Source of the DNA: Bacteroidota bacterium
Lineage (GTDB): Bacteria; Bacteroidota; Bacteroidia; Sphingobacteriales; Sphingobacteriaceae
Assembly (NCBI GenBank): GCA_039798705.1
Contig: JBDKFN010000002.1
Coordinates: forward strand, 32,290 to 96,289
DNA: 64,000 nucleotides
Direction: 5' to 3'
Shown here: positions 19,593 through 28,353 of the stretch, one piece after another
Numbering within the stretch: the stretch's first letter is position 1
How the letters are laid out: every line of letters begins with the position of its first letter
Translations under genes and position numbers: made by a program
Notes under the pieces: model-generated
Databases searched by the model: none
What the model was told of the DNA's origin: nothing
The model's input: the letters and a program-made list of their open reading frames with translations, nothing else

Positions 19593-20051
19593 ATGAAAAG
19601 AGCGATTGTTCTACTTTCTATATTATTAATTTTTAGCGCTTGCAATAGGTCTAAAATATTTGACGCATATGTTGCGTTTGAAAACAATAGTTGGAGTGTA
19701 AACAATCGCCCTACATTTTATATAGACATACAGGATACGATCAATAGCCATAGTATCTATTTTAACGTTCGTAACACTGGCGATTATGCCTATGCTAATC
19801 TATTTGTATTGCTGACCATTCAAGGTCCCCAAACAAAAGCAGAAACGCAACGCTTTGAATTCAAGCTAGCTGAAAAAGATGGCAAATGGCTAGGATCCGG
19901 ACTAGGCGATATCTACAGCAATCAAATGAAAATGATTCAGTCTTTAAAATTTCCCAAAAAAGGCGTTTATTCATTTACCATCGAACAAAACATGCGCGAC
20001 AATCCACTTCAAGGAATTGAGGACGTAGGTATTAAAATTGCTCGAAATTAA
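19593..20051 (+). CDS. gldH: Gliding-motility lipoprotein GldH
   Basis: Lipobox (LLIFSAC), FDAY...W...F spacing, RNTGDYAYANLFV and GIEDVGIKI. These match my recollection of the GldH family pattern. Size 152 aa. Confidence 0.65.
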   Translation: MKRAIVLLSILLIFSACNRSKIFDAYVAFENNSWSVNNRPTFYIDIQDTINSHSIYFNVRNTGDYAYANLFVLLTIQGPQTKAETQRFEFKLAEKDGKWLGSGLGDIYSNQMKMIQSLKFPKKGVYSFTIEQNMRDNPLQGIEDVGIKIARN

Positions 20052-20607
20052 ATTGCAAAACAAAGAAGCTATTTTTGAAAATATTTTTCTATTGCACCAT
20101 AAAAGAGTGTACAATATTGCATTTGCTATGTTAAAAAATATAGCCGACGCAGAAGATGTTACACAAGAAGTTTTTATCAATGTTTTCCATGCCATTTCGC
20201 AATTCAAAGAAGAAGCGCAAATAAGTACCTGGGTACATAGAATTGCGGTAAACAAATGCTTAGATCATATTAAAGCGAAAAAGCGAAAAAAAAGATTGGC
20301 TTTTATCACTTCTTTATTTGATCCAGAAACAGGCAAACAAATTCATGATGCACATAACCATTTGCACCCTGGTAAAATTTTAGAGCAAAAAGAAGCACAT
20401 CGCATCTTAATGGACGCAATTGATTTGCTTAAAACCAGCCAAAAGACTGCTTTTGTTTTAAGTCAAATTGAGAAGTTGAGTCAAAAAGAAGTGGCTGCCA
20501 TTATGGAGATTTCAGAAAAAGCGGTCGAATCATTGAACCATAGGGCTAAAGAAAAATTAAGAATAATTTTAGGAAAGTTTTATCAAAAATCGAAGGTTAA
20601 TCTATAA
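20038..20607 (+). CDS. ECF-type RNA polymerase sigma-70 factor
   Basis: Region 2 (DAEDVTQEVFINVF, WVHRIAVNKCLD) and region 4 (LSQKEVAAIMEISEKAVES). No upstream in-frame ATG, so a TTG start is likely (20038 or 20053). Overlaps the gldH 3' end. Confidence 0.8.
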   Translation: MLEIKLQNKEAIFENIFLLHHKRVYNIAFAMLKNIADAEDVTQEVFINVFHAISQFKEEAQISTWVHRIAVNKCLDHIKAKKRKKRLAFITSLFDPETGKQIHDAHNHLHPGKILEQKEAHRILMDAIDLLKTSQKTAFVLSQIEKLSQKEVAAIMEISEKAVESLNHRAKEKLRIILGKFYQKSKVNL

Positions 20608-20619
20608 ACAATCGTCTAA

Positions 20620-20907
20620 ATGAATATGAAAAACGAAGAACAATGGGTAAATCAAGTGCTTGCTTCAGCCGATCAAATTGATCAGCTAACACCTAACCCA
20701 TTTTTATACCAAAAAATTAAACACCGAATTGTTCAACAAGAACGCGCAAGTTCAAATAATAAAAACACTTTGAAATGGAGTGTTGCATTTATTGTATTGC
20801 TAGGTTTAAACACTGCAGTATTATTTGCTAGCGCAAAAAAAGACAGAACCCGACATCAACTTAAAACCAATATCGAATTAAACAATCAAACTGTTTATAG
20901 CTATTAA
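20620..20907 (+). CDS. Putative single-pass anti-sigma factor
   Basis: 95 aa with one central TM helix (WSVAFIVLLGLNTAVLFA). Lies 12 nt after the ECF sigma gene. Assigned from context only. Confidence 0.45.
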   Translation: MNMKNEEQWVNQVLASADQIDQLTPNPFLYQKIKHRIVQQERASSNNKNTLKWSVAFIVLLGLNTAVLFASAKKDRTRHQLKTNIELNNQTVYSY

Positions 20908-20908
20908 A

Positions 20909-21394
20909 ATGGAAAGCAAAAAACTACCCTTCTGGAAAATATTTGCAATTGCCTTGTTGGTTATCAACACGCTTATACTTTCCTATATTCTTTTAGAAAA
21001 GCCAGGTCAAAACTCTGCAGATAGAGGCCCTGCAGCATTTATCATTAAGGAATTACATTTTAATGATTCACAAATTGTTGCTTTTGAAAAATTAAAATTT
21101 GCGCATCAAGACAGCGTGCAACACTTAAGGGAACAAGGTAAAATATTGCGCGAAGAATATTTTTCACTGTTACGCAATGATGCGAGCAACATTTCAGGAA
21201 AAGCTATAAATGATCAAGCGTCTGATTTAGTAAATAAAATTGCAGCCAATCAGATTGCAATAGAGTCAGTAACCTATCGCCATTTTAGTCAAGTTAAAAA
21301 TATTTGTGACAATAGTCAAAAACAAAAATTTGACAGCATTCTTTTAGAAATTGTTAGAATGATGAAAGCTGGAAGACCAAAACCTGCAAGGTAA
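20909..21394 (+). CDS. Periplasmic Spy/CpxP-like (LTxxQ-type) envelope stress protein
   Basis: N-terminal TM/signal anchor; helical protein with FNDSQIVAFEKLK and QKQKFDSI repeats. Third member of a sigma/anti-sigma/Spy-like triad. Confidence 0.5.
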   Translation: MESKKLPFWKIFAIALLVINTLILSYILLEKPGQNSADRGPAAFIIKELHFNDSQIVAFEKLKFAHQDSVQHLREQGKILREEYFSLLRNDASNISGKAINDQASDLVNKIAANQIAIESVTYRHFSQVKNICDNSQKQKFDSILLEIVRMMKAGRPKPAR

Positions 21395-21404
21395 ATGGCA
21401 ATTG

Positions 21405-22712
21405 CTATAACAAAGGCAATAAACTTTCTAGTTTCATTCCCCTAGAACCTTTGACAAGTACTGTATGGTCGGTGACTTTATTCTTTTGAATAAAATCCAT
21501 TGCGTTAGCAGTTGTATTAAAAAAATGAAACTGTTTAAATAATTCTTTAGCGCCAAAAAAGTCGTTGCCAATAAAAATTACGTTTTCAAATTTTAACGCT
21601 GCAACTAACTTTACAATGGCTTCATGCTCTGCAATGCTTTCTTTGCCCAACTCAAACATGTCGCCAAGAATTAAGAATTTATTTTCAGCAGATAACTGAT
21701 GAAAATTATTAATGGCTGCAAACATACTACTTGGATTAGCATTATAAGCATCCATAATTAATTTATTGTTTGCTGTTTGCATTACCTGTGAACGGTTGTT
21801 GGTTGGTGTATATGCTGCAATAGCAGCAATGATTTCAGCCTCTGATACACCAAAATAAACACCAATTGCAGCAGCTGCTAAAATATTTGCTAAGTTGTAA
21901 TCGCCTACTAATTGAGTAGCAAGCTCATGTTTTTGATTATCCTTTTTAAAAGTAACGGCTACTTTTAAATAAGGCGCAAGTGTAATTATTTCTCCGCTAA
22001 CTAAACTGTTTTCTTGACTTCCAAAATATACTTTATTTTCTAATTGAGATGAAAGCTCCATGGTAATGGCATCATCTGCATTTACAAAAACTAAACCTTT
22101 GTTTGTTTCAAGGAAATCATATAATTCTTTTTTAGTCTTCTTGACGCCTTCAAAGCCGCCCATACCGTCGAGGTGAGCCTTACCAACATTACATATTAAT
22201 CCGAAATTAGGTTCAGCAATTTCACACAATTCTTTAATTTCTAATTGGTGGTTAGCACCCATTTCTACAATTGCAAAATCGTGATGCGCTTGAATAGAAA
22301 GTAAAGTTAATGGGACACCAATGTGGTTATTTAAATTGCCATAAGTGGCCAATGTTTGGTATCTTTTGGAAAGCACTGCATTGATTAATTCTTTTGAAGT
22401 GGTTTTCCCATTGCTACCTGTAATGCCTAAAAATGGAAATTCCAATTGTCTACGATGGTGATTCGCTAAGGATTGCATGGCTTTCAATACATCATCCACC
22501 AATAAATATTGTTCGCTAATAGCCATTTCAGGCTGATCAACTACTGCATATTTTGCGCCAGAAGCAAGTGCTTGCGCAGCAAATTCATTGCCATTAAAAT
22601 TTGCGCCTTTTAGTGCAAAGAAAATAGAATTTTCCTTAACAGCTCTGGTATCTGTTACAACCAAAGGGTATTGTAAATACTTTTCGTAAAGTAATGCTGT
22701 ACTTGCTTTCAT
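21405..22712 (-). CDS. murF: UDP-N-acetylmuramoyl-tripeptide--D-alanyl-D-alanine ligase
   Basis: GITGSNGKTTSKE P-loop, DAYNANPSSM and VLVKGSRGMKLE Mur-ligase motifs. MurF-like length and N-terminus. Confidence 0.85.
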   Translation of the reverse strand: MKASTALLYEKYLQYPLVVTDTRAVKENSIFFALKGANFNGNEFAAQALASGAKYAVVDQPEMAISEQYLLVDDVLKAMQSLANHHRRQLEFPFLGITGSNGKTTSKELINAVLSKRYQTLATYGNLNNHIGVPLTLLSIQAHHDFAIVEMGANHQLEIKELCEIAEPNFGLICNVGKAHLDGMGGFEGVKKTKKELYDFLETNKGLVFVNADDAITMELSSQLENKVYFGSQENSLVSGEIITLAPYLKVAVTFKKDNQKHELATQLVGDYNLANILAAAAIGVYFGVSEAEIIAAIAAYTPTNNRSQVMQTANNKLIMDAYNANPSSMFAAINNFHQLSAENKFLILGDMFELGKESIAEHEAIVKLVAALKFENVIFIGNDFFGAKELFKQFHFFNTTANAMDFIQKNKVTDHTVLVKGSRGMKLESLLPLL

Positions 22713-22741
22713 GATGCCAAGGGTATTGGTTCAAGACCAAT

Positions 22742-22749
22742 CAAACATA
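22742..22749 (-). promoter_or_regulatory. Candidate -7 promoter box for murF (TATGTTTG on the minus strand)
   Basis: The plus strand reads CAAACATA, 29 nt upstream of the murF ATG and immediately downstream of the typA terminator. Confidence 0.35.
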
Positions 22750-22756
22750 ATAAAAA

Positions 22757-22784
22757 AAGCGATACAGCCATAGCCGTATCGCTT
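22757..22784 (-). terminator. Rho-independent terminator of typA
   Basis: aagcgatac...gtatcgctt stem with an inner GC pair, followed on the minus strand by a T7 run. Lies 20 nt after the typA stop. Confidence 0.7.
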
Positions 22785-22804
22785 AAAAAAATGTTTATTG
22801 TAAA

Positions 22805-24613
22805 TTAATTACCTGATTTCTTTTTAGCATTGGTACGCTCTTGCTCCGTTAAATAAATTTTACGTAAGCGCATAGAAACTGGCGTAATCTCAACGTATTC
22901 ATCCCACTGAATGTATTCCATAGCTTCTTCTAACGAGAATTTAGTAGCTGGTGCAATACGTGTTGCATCATCTTTACTCGTTGTACGGAAGTTGGTTAAT
23001 TGTTTACCTTCAGTAATGTTTACTGTCATGTCGGAATCTCTACTGTTTTCTCCGATGATCATTCCTTGGTAAACTTCTTCTCCTGGATTAACAAAAAATC
23101 TTCCACGATCTTGTAATTTATCGATACGGTAAGCTGTTGCAGCTCCTTTATCCATAGAAATTAATACACCTGATGATCTTTGTGGAATATCGCCCTTCCA
23201 AGGCTCATATGATTTGAAACGGTGCGCCATAATTGCTTCACCAGCAGTTGCAGTTAACACGTTATTTCTTAAACCAATGATTCCCCTTGCAGGTATTTCA
23301 AATTCTAAATGTTGTAAATCGCCTTTTGGTTCCATTACCAATAAGTCACCTTTTCTTTGGGTAACCAATTCAATTACTTTACCAGAAACTTCTGCAGGTA
23401 CATCTACAATTAATGATTCAATTGGCTCGCATTTCTTACCATCAATTTCTTTGATGATTACTTGTGGTTGACCAACTTGTAATTCATAACCTTCGCGACG
23501 CATCGTTTCAATTAAAACTGATAAATGCAAAATACCGCGACCGTATACTAGTAATGAATCTGGAGATGCTGTTTCTTCTACTCTTAACGCTAAGTTTTTC
23601 TCCATCTCTTTCATCAAACGATCACGAAGATGACGAGAAGTTACAAACTTACCTTCTTTTCCAAAAAATGGAGAGTTGTTAATAGTGAACAACATGTTCA
23701 TGGTTGGCTCGTCAATTTTAATAACCGCCAATGCCTCTGGATTTTCGAAATCAGCAATGGTATCGCCAATTTCAAAACCTTCAATACCTACTACAGCACA
23801 AATATCACCGTTGTGAACTTCTTCTACCCTTACTTTGCCTAAGCCAACAAAAGTATATAGTTCTTTAATTCTTGATTTTACAACTTTACCATCTTTCTTC
23901 ATTAAAGAAACTGGCATATTTTCTTTGATTGTTCCACGCGCAACACGACCAATTGCAATCCTACCAACAAAAGAAGAATAGTCTAATGAGGTGATTTGCA
24001 TTTGTAAGGTTCCTGGATTATCTGGTGGTTCTGGAATAAATTCCAAAACTGCATCTAATAATGGGGTAATATCTTCGGTTGGTGCAGTATAATCTTTGCT
24101 CATCCAGCCTTGTTTAGAAGACCCATAAAGCGTTGGGAAGTCCAATTGCTCTTCTGTTGCTTCTAAGTTAAAGAACAACTCGAAAATAGACTCCTGAACT
24201 TCTTCTGGGCGACAATTCTCTTTATCCACTTTATTAATAACTACAATTGGCTTTAATCCTAATGAAAGGGCCTTTTGAGTTACAAATCTTGTTTGAGGCA
24301 TAGCGCCTTCAAAAGCATCTACTAATAACAATACACCATCAGCCATTTTCAATACACGCTCTACTTCACCGCCAAAGTCGGCGTGACCTGGTGTATCAAT
24401 AATGTTGATTTTGTAGTCTTTGTATTGAACAGAAACGTTTTTAGATACGATAGTGATTCCTCTTTCACGTTCTAAATCGTTGTTATCTAGGATTAGATCA
24501 CCAGTTTCTTGGTTATCTCTAAATAAATTGGTCTGATGTAAAATTTTATCTACCAGTGTTGTTTTCCCGTGATCGACATGGGCAATAATAGCGATATTTC
24601 TAACTTTTTGCAT
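22805..24613 (-). CDS. typA: Translational GTPase TypA/BipA
   Basis: AHVDHGKTT, DTPGHADF and NKVD G-motifs, with full-length EF-G-like architecture (602 aa). Confidence 0.95.
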   Translation of the reverse strand: MQKVRNIAIIAHVDHGKTTLVDKILHQTNLFRDNQETGDLILDNNDLERERGITIVSKNVSVQYKDYKINIIDTPGHADFGGEVERVLKMADGVLLLVDAFEGAMPQTRFVTQKALSLGLKPIVVINKVDKENCRPEEVQESIFELFFNLEATEEQLDFPTLYGSSKQGWMSKDYTAPTEDITPLLDAVLEFIPEPPDNPGTLQMQITSLDYSSFVGRIAIGRVARGTIKENMPVSLMKKDGKVVKSRIKELYTFVGLGKVRVEEVHNGDICAVVGIEGFEIGDTIADFENPEALAVIKIDEPTMNMLFTINNSPFFGKEGKFVTSRHLRDRLMKEMEKNLALRVEETASPDSLLVYGRGILHLSVLIETMRREGYELQVGQPQVIIKEIDGKKCEPIESLIVDVPAEVSGKVIELVTQRKGDLLVMEPKGDLQHLEFEIPARGIIGLRNNVLTATAGEAIMAHRFKSYEPWKGDIPQRSSGVLISMDKGAATAYRIDKLQDRGRFFVNPGEEVYQGMIIGENSRDSDMTVNITEGKQLTNFRTTSKDDATRIAPATKFSLEEAMEYIQWDEYVEITPVSMRLRKIYLTEQERTNAKKKSGN

Positions 24614-24636
24614 TTATAATAAAGTTTTTAAGCCCG

Positions 24637-24644
24637 CAAAGGTA
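24637..24644 (-). promoter_or_regulatory. Candidate -7 promoter box for typA (TACCTTTG on the minus strand)
   Basis: The plus strand reads CAAAGGTA, 23 nt upstream of the typA ATG. Confidence 0.35.
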
Positions 24645-24723
24645 CATTTAAAAAACCGAAATTCGCTTTATAATTTGATTTTGTGGTAAATATTAATGCT
24701 TTGTTTGGCTGATTTTAAGCAAT

Positions 24724-25383
24724 TTATAAGATAGCGTTTGCTAAAAATGCACGCAAGGGCGCAATGGCTTGATTAGCATCTACAACAGCCTGTATAGCCT
24801 TCTTAGAACATAAAATTTCGTCAGAGAGTGGTTTAACCGCTATAAAGCTTTTCAACTTCAATAATTCGATAGCCGGATGGTCCTTAGGATAATCTCTTGG
24901 AGCTGTTTTCAACTGATCTTCGAAACTGAGTGAGCCAAACTGTTTTTTAAAAGCTGGAGCCTGAATTATTGCTTCGAATGCAGAAAGGTTATAATCGATT
25001 TCTTGTCTGATTTTTTTTATGTCTTCAGAAGGTGGTAGATAATACCCTCCGGCAACAAATGATGCCCCAGGCTGTATATGAATAAAGCAACCTGTTCCAC
25101 CTACTAGCTTTCCCTCACTTGCATAGGCAATGCCAAAATTGGTTTTGTATGGCGCTTTATTTTTAGAGAACCGCACATCACGGTAAATTCTCATGACACA
25201 TTTTGCAGCAATGAGATTTTTATAATTTGAATCGAAAGCTGATGAAGCTTGAAATACTTTTTCTGCAAATGAGATGACGTCTGCCTTTGCTATTTCATAT
25301 TCGGGTTTGTGTATGGCAAACCATTCACGATTGTTATTTTTTTGTAAAGCACTTAAGAATTTAAAGGTGCTGGATTGAAGCAT
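24724..25383 (-). CDS. DUF2461 (TIGR02453) family protein, function unknown
   Basis: N-terminal F..L..NN.REWF pattern and RIYRDVRFSK motif as I recall for this family. Lies 11 nt downstream of the DUF983 gene on the same strand. Confidence 0.6.
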   Translation of the reverse strand: MLQSSTFKFLSALQKNNNREWFAIHKPEYEIAKADVISFAEKVFQASSAFDSNYKNLIAAKCVMRIYRDVRFSKNKAPYKTNFGIAYASEGKLVGGTGCFIHIQPGASFVAGGYYLPPSEDIKKIRQEIDYNLSAFEAIIQAPAFKKQFGSLSFEDQLKTAPRDYPKDHPAIELLKLKSFIAVKPLSDEILCSKKAIQAVVDANQAIAPLRAFLANAIL

Positions 25384-25394
25384 TTTTTTGCGGG

Positions 25395-25793
25395 TTAGTC
25401 TTTTTTGTCTATAAAATTCTTGTCGAACTTAGGCGCAAACATATGCAGCAATAAAATTCTTGCATACCTGAAATTAAGTCTATAGGTTAATATAATTCCA
25501 ACAATGATAGCAGACATGTATACCCAAACATCTGGGTTATGACCTAATAGATAAACAGCAATTCCTACGTTCACACTAAGCGCAACATTAAATGCATATC
25601 CAACATACATTGCGCCCCAAAAAAATCCGATTTCGAGTTCGTACCTTAAACCACATACAGGACAATATTCATGCATTTTGTTGTAGTCACTCCAACTAGT
25701 TACTGGATGAGTAAAAACTTCGCCTGTTCTGCAAGTTGGACACTTGCATTTTAAAATAGATGAAAACTTTGAAGGTGTTGGTTGGTTGCTCAT
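25395..25793 (-). CDS. DUF983-like membrane protein with an N-terminal 4-Cys zinc ribbon
   Basis: CKCPTC...CPVCG (two CxxC pairs) followed by two TM helices. The family call is from memory. Confidence 0.5.
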   Translation of the reverse strand: MSNQPTPSKFSSILKCKCPTCRTGEVFTHPVTSWSDYNKMHEYCPVCGLRYELEIGFFWGAMYVGYAFNVALSVNVGIAVYLLGHNPDVWVYMSAIIVGIILTYRLNFRYARILLLHMFAPKFDKNFIDKKD

Positions 25794-25797
25794 GCAA

Positions 25798-26061
25798 TTA
25801 ATTTGCTGTTAAATTTTCATCAGAAGCATTCATTTGCTTCGCCCTGTATTTCTTAAACCAAATTACACCTAATGCTCCAACGAATAAATATGGAGCAGCA
25901 AGTAAATACAAAATACCATCGTTCAATCCCTTGCCAACATTATTCTGACCGCTTTTAATAGAAGATTCTACCGCCGTTTTACACATTGGACATTGCGCCA
26001 TTGCCGTATTAAAAGTGAAGAAGAAAAACACAATCGCAAGAATAAAAAATAATTTTTTCAT
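25798..26061 (-). CDS. Small hypothetical bitopic membrane protein with a CPMC motif at the predicted mature N-terminus
   Basis: Signal peptide ending AMA-QCPMCK; about 25 periplasmic residues; one TM helix; basic tail. Separated by 1 nt from the DUF420 gene. Confidence 0.5.
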   Translation of the reverse strand: MKKLFFILAIVFFFFTFNTAMAQCPMCKTAVESSIKSGQNNVGKGLNDGILYLLAAPYLFVGALGVIWFKKYRAKQMNASDENLTAN

Positions 26062-26062
26062 T

Positions 26063-26593
26063 TTAGAAAGTATAATACGGTGATATCATTAAGTAAACTA
26101 AAACGCCTGTAATGGTTACATACAACCAGACAGGGAAAGTATAACGCACTAGTTTTCTGTGTTTTTCAACATCCATTTTTAATCCTGCATTGAAGCTAAA
26201 AAGAATCAATGGCAAAACAATAGCGGCTAAAAATATATGGCTAATTAAAATTACATAATAAATATATTTCAATAATCCTGTTCCGCCGTAGCTTGTTTCT
26301 TTTACAAAATAATGAAACAGGATATATGAAACTAGAAACAATGATGACAAACAAAAAGTTGCAATGTTTATTTTTTTATGCAGTTCGATGTTTCTTCTTT
26401 TGATTTGATAAAGTGAAGTGAGCAACATAATGCTACATAACCCATTGATAATTGCATTTAGCTTTGGTAAAAAATAAACAAAGCTTGGCGTTTCAATGGT
26501 AACGGGAATAAGCTTTCTGTTCAATATTACTACTACAATAAATACAAAAATTGAAATACCGTAAACTACTCTTGCAATTAACTTATCATTCAT
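26063..26593 (-). CDS. DUF420 (CtaM-like) cytochrome oxidase assembly membrane protein
   Basis: 176 aa, five predicted TM helices, positioned after SCO in the cox cluster. Confidence 0.6.
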   Translation of the reverse strand: MNDKLIARVVYGISIFVFIVVVILNRKLIPVTIETPSFVYFLPKLNAIINGLCSIMLLTSLYQIKRRNIELHKKINIATFCLSSLFLVSYILFHYFVKETSYGGTGLLKYIYYVILISHIFLAAIVLPLILFSFNAGLKMDVEKHRKLVRYTFPVWLYVTITGVLVYLMISPYYTF

Positions 26594-26600
26594 CTTAATA

Positions 26601-27290
26601 CTATTTTTTTTGTTTCGGAGAAATTTCTTCTTTTACTAAAACTTTAATGTCATCTATTAAGGAATCTACCGCCTTTTCAGAAGTGCCATCATAATACCCT
26701 CTGATTCTATTTTGAGGATCTACTAAAACAACCATTTCCGTATGAATAAAATCATCTGGACCTCCATCGCCTTCTAGAGCAGTTACTAAATACCCTCTTC
26801 TGGCTAGTTCGTAGATTTCATTTTTAGGGCCGGTAAGCATGTTCCATTTCCCTTTAATGGCATTGTGTGCTTTTGCATAATTAGCTAAAGCATTTACATC
26901 ATCTTTTTCGGGATTAACTGTAAAAGACAATAAAGTTATTTCGTCGATAGTTTGTACTCTTTTTTGTACACGCTCCATTTGTGTTGCCATTTTCGGGCAA
27001 ATGGTCTGACAAGTAGTAAAGAAAAAGTTGACTATTTTTATTTTGCCAGCAAGTATGCTGTCGTTGATGGTCTCGTTATTTTGATTTTGAAAACTAAAAG
27101 ACCCTACTTGATGATAAATGGTATCTACTCGGGATTTGCCATCTACCACTACTTGTTCTGTTTGCTTTTCGCCATAAATTGGCAAAGCCTTATAATGATT
27201 TGTTCCGGTTTTGAGTAGAAAATACCCAATAACCGGAACAACTAATACGATGAATAATATGGCGGTTTGTTTAAGCCCTTTGCTATTCAT
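26601..27290 (-). CDS. SCO1/SenC family copper chaperone
   Basis: N-terminal anchor, thioredoxin fold with CxxxC (FFTTCQTICP) and a downstream His (FIHTE). Confidence 0.85.
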   Translation of the reverse strand: MNSKGLKQTAILFIVLVVPVIGYFLLKTGTNHYKALPIYGEKQTEQVVVDGKSRVDTIYHQVGSFSFQNQNNETINDSILAGKIKIVNFFFTTCQTICPKMATQMERVQKRVQTIDEITLLSFTVNPEKDDVNALANYAKAHNAIKGKWNMLTGPKNEIYELARRGYLVTALEGDGGPDDFIHTEMVVLVDPQNRIRGYYDGTSEKAVDSLIDDIKVLVKEEISPKQKK

Positions 27291-27291
27291 A

Positions 27292-27633
27292 TTATAAACG
27301 GATATGCATCCAAAAATTTCCTTCGTATAACATCCATACTATAAAAAATATGATGAAAATTAAAGGGACAATGATCGAGTAGATCAATCCTAATTTTTCA
27401 AACTTTAAATGCATGAAATAAGCAACAATGTAAAATGCTTTTAATAATGTTAATCCAATGTAAACAATGTTTCCAACTGGATGGCTTAAAACACCACGTG
27501 GGATTAAAACCAATGCAATAAAAAATTCAATTGCAGTAATACCCAATAAAACCCAAAACACACCCCAAATTTTCTTTTTTGTCATTGAACCATGTTCCTC
27601 ATGGTGTGCAATATTATGTTGATCTGCTGACAT
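27292..27633 (-). CDS. Cytochrome c oxidase subunit IV family protein
   Basis: 113 aa with three TM helices. Follows the subunit III genes. His-rich N-terminus. Confidence 0.6.
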   Translation of the reverse strand: MSADQHNIAHHEEHGSMTKKKIWGVFWVLLGITAIEFFIALVLIPRGVLSHPVGNIVYIGLTLLKAFYIVAYFMHLKFEKLGLIYSIIVPLIFIIFFIVWMLYEGNFWMHIRL

Positions 27634-27657
27634 ATTAATATGTATATAAGATTATAA

Positions 27658-28341
27658 TTAAACTAAATAGAAGAATGTAAATACAAACACCCAAACTAAA
27701 TCTACAAAGTGCCAGTATAAACCAACTTTTTCGATCATGTCATAATGTCCTCTGCGCTCGTAAGTTCCAGCTAAAACATTAATCCAAATAATGATATTCA
27801 ATACTACTCCAGAAAAAACGTGGAAACCATGAAACCCCGTAATGGTAAAGAATAAATTAGTAAAGTTAGTTGACGCAACAGAACCATCTTTATTTAAAAA
27901 CGGGTTTGCGCCCCACCAAGCACCTTCGTGGTGAAGATGTGTCCATTCCCAAGCTTGACAACCTAAAAATGCGAAACCTCCAATAATAGTCCAAATCATC
28001 CACTTAGAAACCTCTGATTTCGCTTTACGATGTCCAGCTTCTACAGCCAAAACCATCGTAACAGAACTCATAATTAAAATGAATGTCATAATACCCACGA
28101 ACACCAATGGTGCACCTCCGTGGATACCTGGAGCAGATTGGAAAACCTCATCTGGATTTGGCCATGAAACGCTACTGAAACGCAATGCGCCATAAGCGAT
28201 TAATAAACCTGAAAAAGTAAAGGCATCTGAAAGTAGAAAAAACCACATCATCATTTTGCCATACTCCACATTAAAAGGAGATCTTCCACCATTCCATGGT
28301 GTTGATTTAATCTCGTCGATTTCTGAAGTGTTTGTTGTCAT
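27658..28341 (-). CDS. Cytochrome c oxidase subunit III (second subunit-III-like gene)
   Basis: Haem-copper oxidase subunit III signatures (FFLLSDAFTFSG, GFHGFHVFSGV, LYWHFVDLVWVF). Confidence 0.8.
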   Translation of the reverse strand: MTTNTSEIDEIKSTPWNGGRSPFNVEYGKMMMWFFLLSDAFTFSGLLIAYGALRFSSVSWPNPDEVFQSAPGIHGGAPLVFVGIMTFILIMSSVTMVLAVEAGHRKAKSEVSKWMIWTIIGGFAFLGCQAWEWTHLHHEGAWWGANPFLNKDGSVASTNFTNLFFTITGFHGFHVFSGVVLNIIIWINVLAGTYERRGHYDMIEKVGLYWHFVDLVWVFVFTFFYLV

Positions 28342-28353
28342 TGGTAATAAAAA

